Assembly: GCA_951406725.2 (NCBI GenBank)
Contig: OX597832.1
Span: 13,826,001 to 13,890,000, forward strand
From: Octopus vulgaris
Taxonomy: Eukaryota
Length of the DNA stretch: 64,000 nt
Reading direction: 5' to 3'
Position 1 is the stretch's first letter, and every line of letters begins with the position of its first letter. The translations under genes were made by a program, and so were the position numbers. Positions 53,011 to 64,000 of the stretch are shown here, piece by piece. The notes under the pieces are model-generated. The model ran no database searches. It was not told where the DNA came from and saw only the letters and a list, made by a program, of their open reading frames with translations.

Positions 53011-55981
53011 AAATAAACAAATATTTTTATTATGTTTTAATATTTTTGTTATTGCTTTGTAATATCAGTGCAATAGTTTTGAATGCGAAAAGATACACAA
53101 AATATTTTTATATAGATTTGTTGAATAACTAAGCCTTTTAATCTTTACATGAAATTTTAGTTTCAATTTCGAGATACTTATCAATATAATTTTACGTAGA
53201 AAAAGCTCCAAGCTTTTCTTCGGTTCTAGAAAATCAGTTTAAGAATTTACAGCAAATACACCAGCTATGTACAAATCAATAATAGTCAACCGAAGAGAAA
53301 ATATTAAAAGACATGTTTTATTATTGAAGAATATATGGTACAATAAATTCCAAATCGTTTATGTTAATATTTATATGATTGATATCAACAACAACACTTT
53401 TGCACAGAATTAGCCGAGACAAATGGAATAATATGCATACACTTCGTTGGCAGATGATACAAGCTCTACTTACATTGTTGGAATCCATGGAAGAATGTTG
53501 TTCATCATGGAAACCTGTCATATTTTCCTTTCATTCTTGTTTGAATGATGGTCGAATAATCTTAGGAATATAATGCAAAAACTTTCTGTCTTCAAACGTT
53601 TTCAAAGCATTTATAAAGATTTTTTTTTTTTTTGCAAATAAGTCATCACGTAAAACATGTTTAACTTTTAGGCACGTAATGGTTCAATTGTATTTCACCA
53701 TATTCATAAAATAATTTCAGTGCTTCGATGTCTGGGATCTAAATACATTCTAAGTGGGTTAAACAATATCTTAAAAAGGATAAAATATGAAATATTACAT
53801 ATTAAGCATGCGATGTCACATTCCCTATTTCTCATCTGATTTTATAAAAATATTTGAGTATTGAAAAATAGACGTTTTAGAAGCACTACACGTAAATGTA
53901 TTTAGTTATGGTATTCGTAATTTGGAATGCTTCAAAATGTGTCTTTCATCCTTCCTGAATCATAGCAGTAAATAAGATTGCATGATCTCGTCATAGGAGA
54001 ATCTGCGGTTACATATTACCTGTGAACGATTTCTTCCTGTAAAATGTCTGTGAAAATCAGTTTATGGATTCAGCGGTATTTGCATTATTGTGTTTGTTCC
54101 ATCTAATGTGAGTTCAATTTCTGGCATTCAGTCTGTTATTACCTTATAAAATCAGACTAGAAAGAACATTGTAGAGTAAGAAATATTTGAATCATATTTT
54201 TTCTACGTTTACAGAGGAATATATTTTAACTAGAACTACGTAGGCGCTAATACGAAATTTCAAATCAGATTTCTTTCAAAAGAAGTTGAACAGTATAAAG
54301 GTTTTTTCAACATATAGGAGTATAAGTATTTCCAAAATTTACAGAAATATTAATAAGAACATTATGGTGAAGAAACGCATACACAAGCAGATAAAGGCAT
54401 CCATCTTTATGAGTATACATTCTAAAATAACATCAACTGTAATAACACTTGAGAGAACCGGGATACGAGCATATTTTCCCTAACACTGAAAAGTATAGCA
54501 TAAGTAACACAAAGGATGCCATCACAGGAATATACTTAAAGGGACCATATGGAGATACATATATTCGAACATATAAAACGCAAATCAAAAGAAATGGTGG
54601 TGGGTGTTACATCAACAGAAAATGAATATATCTTCTTTATTAAATAGGTAAATCTATAAGGAAACTTCAGTAATATATTGAGATATATTTCATGACATGT
54701 GTCGTCTTGAAAGGGTTGAGGACAAAATTTGAAATATGAAATTTATATAAGCTTGGTGAGTAGGAAGCTAGTCTTTGATCTGTAGAAACCACATTCCGTG
54801 GAACATGGGGGAAAGGACAACGTTTCATTTGCATTTGCTTTGAATTCCATGTTAGGCTAATGTTAGGGTATCCCGATATTCGATATACTTTACTAAATTC
54901 AATTGTATAGTAAATTTCTGGACTCTGAAGGAGTTATGATATGATGGCCGATGTCAATAAAAGAAAATGTGTGGATAGTGTTGAAAAATATTTTGATATA
55001 TTAATATCAGAGTAAAGGAGATATACACTTCATTATTTCACATAAAAAAAGAGTTTAGTTTTAGGGGAAAATAATTTGAAATCAGAGCATTCCGGTGCAG
55101 GTTGAAATATAGCATGTGGTGAAATAAATTAGAAAAATATGATTTAACGAATAAGTCAAAATACAAAAATAGACACCAGCAAAACAGTATCCCAATCTTA
55201 ACATATGCAATGCTATGGAACTAAAGAGGAACCATCGATATTGTCTCACAAAACTTTGATGAAGAACCAAATGAATCTCCATTTCTACAACCGAATATAC
55301 AAACGAAAATAGAGTTTCAAGGACAAGACGACTCGATGACCGAATATCTGGCTGTGACAAGCCAAATTAGTGATGAATATTATCGACCCCACCGGCTAAA
55401 GTATTAGCCCATCCGTTTAAAACATCTGGCGTGTGGTAGGTTATATGCTTGCCATTCGAGACCATTTGGAATTGCGGCAGGGATAATCCGCAAAAACTAT
55501 CACCCACAGTTATTCATAATACCTTATCTATTATCATAAAACTTAAAAGGTACATTGGATGTGGTAACTATAGAAAACATGTTTTACAGTAAAGAAGATG
55601 GAATACCAAGGTGAAATACACTTCATCATTAGTGTTTTAAATTCAGTGTTTAAAAGAACAACAGTTTTCACAGTTAGACTCGTGTATGGCAAATGCTATA
55701 CTCATAGACAATAGATCTTCCGAATATCGAATGAAGAATTTCGAAACATTCCAACGGTCGGAATGCTATATTGGTGAATTGGATATTGAGCAAATTGTAG
55801 ATTAGTTATTTATTCACCTCTAAATATTAATCTATGTTGAAATTTCAATAGGATTGCAGAGAAGTACTCAATTACATTAAACCGAATGTGTCTTTTCTGA
55901 AGTGAAACTCAACAATCGATGGATTATATGAATACATACTTACATGCAATCAAACACACACACACACACACATATATACAC

Positions 55982-56213
55982 AGGCGGCGAGCTGGCAGAA
56001 ACGTTAGCACGCCGGGCGAAATGCGTAGCTGTATTTCGTCTGTCGTCACGTTCCGAGTTCAAATTCCGCCGAGGTCGACTTTGCCTTTCATCCTTTCGGG
56101 GTCGATAAATTAAGTACCAGTTACACACTGGGGTCGATATAATCGACTTAATCCGTTTGTCTGACCTTGTTTGTCCCGTCTGTGTTTAGCCCCTTGTGGG
56201 TAGTAAAGAAATA
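55982..56213 (+). mobile_element. SINE family B (best-conserved copy)
   Basis: ggcggcgagctggcagaaacgttagcacgccgggcgaaatg...gagttcaaattcc...gcctttcatcctttcggggtcgataaattaagtacc...gtagtaaagaaata. Confidence 0.9.
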
Positions 56214-56256
56214 TATATACACAGATGTACGTGTGTGTGCATGTATGTCTACAATA

Positions 56257-56314
<58 letters not shown>

Positions 56315-56412
56315 CATATTTATGTATAATTACAAGTATATATATGTATACATGTATCTGTATGTATATGTATGTGTATATATCAATACTTACAAAGACA
56401 CTCACATATATG

Positions 56413-56493
<81 letters not shown>

Positions 56494-56973
56494 GCGCGCG
56501 CGACTACGTACGTATGTATCATGAGGACTGAGTAACAAACCAGCCATCTCCATACCTTCGATTCTCTCTGCCCCAAACACGAACTACCAAAACGATGGAA
56601 TATTTCCAAATTCTTACTGGCATATTCATAATATTTATTGTTTATAACTATCATATATGACGTACATAATCCGATCTGGGATCTCTCTTGTTTATTTTAT
56701 TTTTCAAGCTGCATCAGATTTAGAACATGAATGATCAATGCGAGTCTGCCTTGACCATCCATTTTGCATTCTGATGGAAGGCTTCTTGTTCTACCACATT
56801 GAATAACTTTTCTTCTTAAAAACAATTTGCAGCAAGTTTATATGATCGTTCGTGATATTACTCGTAGATTTGTCAGGAGGACATTCCATATCATATCGCA
56901 TGGCAAACGAACTTCTTATGTAAATCCAGATGTTAGCAATGTATTTGCTAATATTTCATAAAGCAAGTAAGTC

Positions 56974-57350
56974 GGGGTGGTGACAGAATCGTAAGTACGC
57001 CGGGCGAAATATTTAGCGGTATTTCGTCTGTGTTTACGTTCTGAATTCAAATTCCGCCGAGGTAGACTTTGCCTTTTATTCTTTCGGGATCGATAAATTA
57101 TGTACCAGTTACGCACTAAGGTCGTTGTAATCGACTTTATCTCTTTGTTTGTCCTTGTTTGTCCCCTCCATGTTTAGCCCCTTGTTTGCAACAAAGAAAT
57201 AAGAATCGCTAGCACGCCGGGCGTATTTACGATTTTGCCTTTCATCCTTTCAAAGTCGATAAAAGAATTACCAGCAGAGTATTGGGATTGGTGTAATTTC
57301 TACCGCCGATCGGTTTAATTTCTCCCCCGAAATTGCAGGCCTTGTGCCCC
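56974..57350 (+). mobile_element. SINE family B copy followed by a deleted second copy
   Basis: Same head and core motifs at about 57000-57200 and 57205-57280. Confidence 0.8.
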
Positions 57351-57619
57351 AACATGTGGAAGCACACAATTGTGTGCGCAGTGAGTGCTAGCAGTGACCC
57401 TGATAAACCTAAACTAATAGCTGAATTATTCAACCTGTGGAGTGACAAACTCAAATCTGGGGGAAAAGAAGCTTCATCTACGTAAATTAAGGAAAACATT
57501 ACGAATTGGAATTGTGCACATGACTAATAAAGGATATTCGATACACCCACACACACACACACAACTTGTGAAAGAACATCATATAAAATATATTTAAAAT
57601 CAATTCAGTGTGCCGAGTG

Positions 57620-58325
57620 AATTGCTGTGTTTACTTCGCAAGTTGTGAAATCTGTTATTCTGTGATCACGTGTATACTAGAGTGCAATTTTCTCATGGAC
57701 AGGAACAAAACGCTAGCATGGAATTTGGCTTCGGCAAGATTACGGCCATGTGGTAAGTGGTTGTACACAATTATTTGAGTGGCATGTGTGTTTCAAAATC
57801 GGAAGAACCTCCTTGGGAAACGATGTGCGATCTGGAATAACTGCCACGTGCATCTAGTCCAGAAATGTGGTATTGTGTATCGTTAGTTCAACCCTCAGGG
57901 CCAGACCATCAATCGAGTATTCTACTGCGAACATTTGAAGTTTTTGTGGGAAAAGATTCAGCAATATAGACCAGATTGGAGCACGAAGAATTGGATTCTT
58001 CAACGAGTTCCTCACCAAAGACAACATGTATCGCTTCCGAACCCATCCAATTAGCCAGATTTAGCATATTAGTCAGATTTAGCATCTGCCGACTTCCATC
58101 ACGTCCCCAAGATAAAAATGCATTTCAAAGGTCGCTGTTTTCACACCGTTGTCGAAAACCTGACCGGATCGCAGAAGGTCTTCGCCTCGCTTACGGGATA
58201 AATACTTCCACTTCGCATTCGGCGAATTGCTGTGCAAGGTGACTATTTCGAAGGAAATGATGTTAAAATTTAGGTAAATATCTTATTATTAAACCTAACT
58301 AGTTCGAGACATTTTTTATAGCAGT
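57620..58325 (+). mobile_element. Degenerate mariner remnant
   Basis: FEWHVCFKIGRTSLGNDVRSG, PQGQTINRVFYCEHLK, FKGR.F, QGDYFEGN. Confidence 0.65.
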
Positions 58326-58835
58326 TTGTATTTGCTAGTGACATTATTTTGTGTTGTTGGATATAGAAAACTATACACAAAAGACGGTATTGTGTAAAAT
58401 GCAATGGGACTGTATGTCACCAGGTTACGACCTTGTTTTTCATTCGTGAGGTAGCTAAAATCTTACAGCATGTGTATGCACTTTCTCTGTGACCTTGATT
58501 TTAAATCTGGACAAGATTGTCAATGCGTTTCATCTTTTAAGACTTCATAAATATTTGGTCGATTCTCGTCTCTTTTCTTATTTCACTGTCTTTTTTTTAT
58601 CGTTCAAAGAATTCGACAACTTTGGTACCTGACAGAGAATGGGATCAGGTTTCACAACGCCGAACATACTATATATCGGCTTTCCTTCGTTTCTATTAAT
58701 GTTTATGGATTGACTTCTTTCTAACGTTATATTCAATATATATTTGAAGTTGTTCGATAAAGTATTGTACGAAGATATCTTCCAAGTAGTATGATGTTAT
58801 GTGTATATCTAATATTGGTTTCAAATTCTGACAGA

Positions 58836-59166
58836 AGTCGACCTCAGAGGAATTAAATCTCCGATCTTACAGACGGATGAAATGCCGCTCAGAATTTTGC
58901 GTAGCGTGTTAACGGCTCTGCCATCTCTCCACCCTATCTGTGTATTTAATACTGGCTTCAAATTTTTGCATAGAGCCTGCCGTTTCGGAGAAAGGTGCCA
59001 GTCGCTTACATTGGCACTAGTTACTCAATTTGTACGCTTTTTATCGTCCTCGAAAAGATGATTGACAAAGTCGGCATCGACGGAAATTGAACTCAGAATG
59101 TTACGACGAACGAAATGGCGCTAAAATTTTTCCCCGTGTTACAACGACCCTGTTAGATCGCTGCCC
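58836..59166 (-). mobile_element. Two diverged SINE family B copies
   Basis: Minus-strand homology to the family B head and core. Confidence 0.6.
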
Positions 59167-59179
59167 TGCCTGCATGATG

Positions 59180-59554
59180 GAAGCACTCCGTTGGTTACGA
59201 CGATGAGGGTTCCGGTTAATCCGACCAACAGCCTGATCGTGAAATTTTCGTGTAAGTGGCTGAGCACTCCACACACGTGTGCCCTTAACGTAGTTCTCGG
59301 GGATATTCAGTGTGACACAGAGAGTGACAAGGCCGGCCCTTTGAAAAACAGGTACAACAGAAACAGGAAGAAAGAGTGAGAGAAATGTTGTGGTGAAAGA
59401 GTACAGCAGGGATCACCACCATCCCCTGCCGGAGCCTCGTGGAGCTTTATGTGTTTTCGCTCAATAAACACTCACAACGCCCGGTCTAGGAATCGAAACC
59501 GCGATCCTACGACCGCGAGTCCGCTGCCCTAACCACTGGGCCATTGCGCCTCCA
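59180..59554 (-). mobile_element. tRNA-derived SINE family C, long form
   Basis: Near-identical to 30546-30925. Confidence 0.9.
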
Positions 59555-61114
59555 CTCCTGCCTGCACATTCAATATGGCTTATGGTTATTTAATATTGCT
59601 TAAGGTCTAATATTGCTTATGGAGATGTGTGTAGCTCTCAAAGATTAGCATTGTCATGAAATAATGAATCCCTGTACCACACCTTTGCTAAATTTATTAT
59701 TTAATATAACGGTAGCTTGTCTATTGTCATGTCGTGTTTGAAATTGTGATTAGGGAGTGGTTGACTTTGAAGCATTTGCTAATATCATTAGCAGATACGA
59801 ATTTGTGCTCTTCAGTTTTTTCGCTTTCTCCTTGAACTTCTTATTAAGCCTTCAACCAACTGATACAAGTAACATGTTGCTAATATCAACAGTAGATAAG
59901 AAGGCATGCTTATGCCTTTCCCCCTATTTTTACATAATTCAATTATTATGTAAGCCTGCAACATAGAGTAACGATTCAGTTTGAGTGGGTGGAGGTGAAT
60001 CAGTGTTGCGATATTCAAAGATAAATATGGCTATAGGATATTTAAAAATATTCAATGGAAAGTAAATTATATATGTGTTTTTTTTTCTGTGACCGAGTAA
60101 GCTTAAGGTCTAGATGTCTTCTCTTTTCTCAAGTGTCAAGATTCAGGGAATTGGGGAATGTCGAAATCAGCATTTCAAAAAATACTCTCCCATTACAATA
60201 ACTTCATCTGATATTTCATTTACTATGTCTAAGCTTGTGCTTGTGTCTGAATAAAGGTAAATAACAGATTTGTGTATTCACTAAATCTAAACTTGTGTTT
60301 CTCTCGGAATAAAGATTAGTAGCAGATTTTGAATATTATGCGCATGTGTATGCCTATGCTTGTGTGTCCGTTTCAGTTTCTTTTCTAGGATTTTCCAAAA
60401 TATATCTATTATTATCTAACTGACAAGTCTGTATCTTTCATTTTGGGATTCTCCCTTTTCTACCAAATATTTGTTGACTGAATTTGATGAAGAATGTAAC
60501 TGATGATATCAAATCGTGCTGGGTACCTCCTCATTTGCACCATATACCACGATCTACCGAGGCATTCTTAATACGATGTGCACTATGCCGGCGATATTTT
60601 CATCGCAACGTTCTGAAAGAAATTGTGTTAAGCAATTTATTCACGACACCATGCAAGTAAAACATAGTGGTGAACATTACCGTAATAACACTAACATTTA
60701 ACTGTTTCACACCATCCATTGGATACATTCCTCGTCATTTATTCGATACATTCAGAACATTTACAGAACAAACCCTGATTTACGTTTAGAAATGCCCAAA
60801 ATAAACAGTATGCATGCGCTTCTAGTATTTATGCATGAATGTGATCAACGATTCGAAACAGTTCACTGCTAATGGATCTAAGTTTGCTAGGTGGAGGATG
60901 CTTATTTTGGCTTCTGACCGTTACCATTTAATCTTCTGCGCGTTTGCCTTTGTCATTTGTTTCCCATATCATACCTGAGTGCGTACAGTAATACTGCCAC
61001 GTCAAGCATAATTTCTACGATGGACATTAATTAATTCCATTGTTTATTTTATAAAAAAAAATGCTTTGCATCATAGAAATATCTCCGGTAGACAACGCTT
61101 AAGTAATAAAAAAA

Positions 61115-61168
61115 TATATATATATATAAATAAATAAATATATGTATATATAAATAAATAAATGAATA

Positions 61169-61235
<67 letters not shown>
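61115..61235. repeat. (TAAA)n/(GAAA)n microsatellite
   Basis: Direct inspection. Confidence 0.9.
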
Positions 61236-62189
61236 TTTGATGGACATCAGGCAGCGTAGTAAAAATGTTTCATACACCGACTACTAAAATTATTACAAAT
61301 TGTTCATTCCTGCAAATGAAGCATGCTATCTGAACAATTTTTATATTGATGCATGAGGAATTTAATTTCGTTTCTGACATGAATTGATTTTAAATATATT
61401 CTATATGATGTTCTTTCACATCTATTGTGTGTGTGTGTGTGTGTATCGGATATTCTTTACTATTCTTGTGCACTATTTCAATTCGTAATGTTTTCCTTAA
61501 TTTACGTAGATAACGTTTTTTCTTTTCCAGATTTGAGTTTGTCACTCCCCAGGTTGACTAATTGGGTTGTTAGTTTGGGATTACTCTTTTACTGTTACTT
61601 GTTTCAGTGATTTGACACAGCCTTGAAGTGTATTATCCTCTCAGTGTAAAGAAAACGCTGACACACGCATGCACGGAAGCAAGCTTCTTACTACACAGCC
61701 ACGCCTGAGCCTACATATTATAAATTCTTAACCTTTACATTGCTGCCATATTTTCAAATTATTTATTTATACTACTTGGAAAATTTGCGCATTCCTCTTC
61801 GTTTTAATGGGTTTCTGTGTTGATAATTGGTGTTTCAATTATACAATTATACAGAAAATAATAGTTTGGAAAATTTGATAAAACTGCCATATTTCTTTGG
61901 TAAAATCATCTTGTGTAGAGTTATAAAATGATTAGAGATGTTTTCTGACACAAATGTATGCGATAGTGACTTATGTTTGGTTATTTAAAATTTAGAAGGA
62001 TCCGAAACTGAATCCAGCTGCATATTATGTTCTATGAGGTTTAATTTTTGCACAAAGAAGGAAGCACATTTTCAGGAAAGCTCTAGAAGCTTATTGTACT
62101 CAACAAGATTTAACACCACCACCTCTATATAGAAATCATAATCGGAATCTATTTCTTTCAACTACAAACAATCCAATTGAGTACCTGCT

Positions 62190-62193
62190 TACA

Positions 62194-62291
<98 letters not shown>

Positions 62292-62630
62292 CATACATAT
62301 ATATATGTATATATCAATAAAGAAATAAATTATATATATATATATAGAGAGAGATATATATATATATAGATAGACAGACATATAGACAGCTAGACAGACA
62401 GATAGATAGACAGATATACAGATAGATAGATAGATAGAGAGATAGATAGATATATAGATAGAGAGATAGATAGACAGACTATAGATAGATAGACATAGAT
62501 ATAGATGTATGAATATATACTTACATGTATGAATGTTTATATGTGCGTGTATGTAAGTGTGTAAGTATATATAAGAGAGGGAGAGAGAGAGAGAGAGAGA
62601 GAAAAAGAGAAAGACAGTCAGACAGACGGA
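62190..62630. repeat. Compound (CA)n/(TA)n/(GATA)n/(GA)n microsatellite
   Basis: Direct inspection. Confidence 0.9.
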
Positions 62631-64000
62631 GGCAGAGATACCAATATAGATACACATATATGCGCTCTCGATTACATAACATCCGCAAAAGTCGATATCT
62701 AAGCAACTTCTCAAACTATATAACTTACGCAAAAAAATATCTATTTTATATACCATTCTGGATTTTGTCCATCTAATTTCACATCTCTCACTGTCAATAC
62801 ATCTTCATCCTTATTAGCATAAAAGTATCTACTTCAGTGCAAGTTTAGCTGTTTCTCTATTTTCCTCGCCTACTCTGCCATAGCTTCGATGATGTCGTTT
62901 TTATCCATTTTTCTCAATTTCTTACACACGCTTATTTCCATTTGTTCCGGCATGATAGCAAAGAAACACGTTTTCTCTAGAATCAGCTTGAAGATACATT
63001 GCGTTCTTTTATTTATTTATTCATCTCAGATGATTATGTCGTGGTTTATCTTCATACTGCTGACATTTTTGTTTCTTCTAAGAAGTTTCTGAATTATTGT
63101 TTCTAGATTGAACCTGCGTCCTTCAATGAATCATTCGTTCTATCTCCTTTCATTTTGTGCCTCTTCGTTGTAAATGTTATCAGTTCTCTGGCGCTTAACA
63201 TTGCATCCCATGCCACTTATTTATTTATTTATTATTGTTGCAAGACAGAAGCATGGACTATAAAGCATTCATCTCTAATCTATCAATTGCATGCAGCAGG
63301 TACGCTGTCATAGACCTTAACATTCTAATTTTTTGTTTCATTATCGAATTCATTCATAAAGCTGGATATTTTCTCCCGAGATACCCTTAACAATTCCACC
63401 TAGGTTCTATATCACGGCTTTGCTGAACAGAACTACATTCAATAAATCATGAGAAACGCGATTTACTTTTCAGTTAATGGTTATCTCAGAATGTTTATCG
63501 TGCACTACCACATGCAATATTAATTTTCAAATGTTACACGCAATTATTGTAAGCACTTATATTCGACTTCTTAAATTGCGTTCCAGTACAAAATTTACAG
63601 CGAATATTTTCTTTGGATTCGTTAACAGAGATAAAAACCTTTCCAATGCATCTGTGATAGTTTGTACTCATTTCATTCATTATATTGCTTCCATGATGGG
63701 ACCAGCCTTCAGGGAATTTAGTAAATTGTATCGATCTGGTATTTTTATAGGACTTGTTGCAACGTGTTCTTAACAAGGGAAATGAAAATGGATAGTGATA
63801 TAAAAGGGAGATAGCTAAATCGTACATAATTCGGTAGGGTTTACTGTTTGAGTTATACCGAACACACCAAACGCTTATACATTTAGAAACACATATGACA
63901 ACATAAGCATATAAACCCTCGTATATCTATGGATATATATATATATATAATAATTCTTTCGTAATTAGAAATAAAAAAAACTAAGACTGAGTAGATTTTA

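Noticed and set aside
53465-53570. Possible minus-strand exon ending in GTAAGT
   Set aside because: Weak acceptor, stops in all extended frames, no recognisable protein and no partner exons.
54200-55900. Coding-like stretch (TIDIVSQNFDEEPNESPFLQ...)
   Set aside because: No start codon or splice context and no recognisable motif; probably very old TE debris that cannot be assigned.
62740-63830. Minus-strand ORF fragments (ENIRCKFC...)
   Set aside because: A single CxxC without other motifs; a TE relic cannot be distinguished from chance.

Overview
AT-rich, microsatellite-dense eukaryotic intergenic or intronic DNA. The SINE, LINE and microsatellite content suggests a coleoid cephalopod such as Octopus; this is inferred, not verified. 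No host protein-coding gene can be supported, and most long ORFs in the track are translations of (TA)n/(CA)n repeats. The window is a transposon graveyard. It holds one young CR1-group LINE with an uninterrupted 1005-aa APE+RT ORF (10.3-13.9 kb, minus strand), about eight mariner copies or remnants, RTE, CR1, R4/Dong-like and Penelope fragments, two non-autonomous Helitrons and three tRNA-derived SINE families. The most striking element is at 8288-8915: a non-coding 363-bp circularly permuted unit with a partial tandem copy and a near-identical inverted copy. It carries a type I hammerhead ribozyme with a U3-A8 core at the tip of a long rod-like stem, which makes it a candidate retrozyme (circular-RNA-derived) or non-autonomous Penelope element. 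Further hammerheads with C3-G8, U3-A8 and A3-U8 cores lie at 44.6, 26.7 and 29.2 kb. All calls were made by eye, without database searches.
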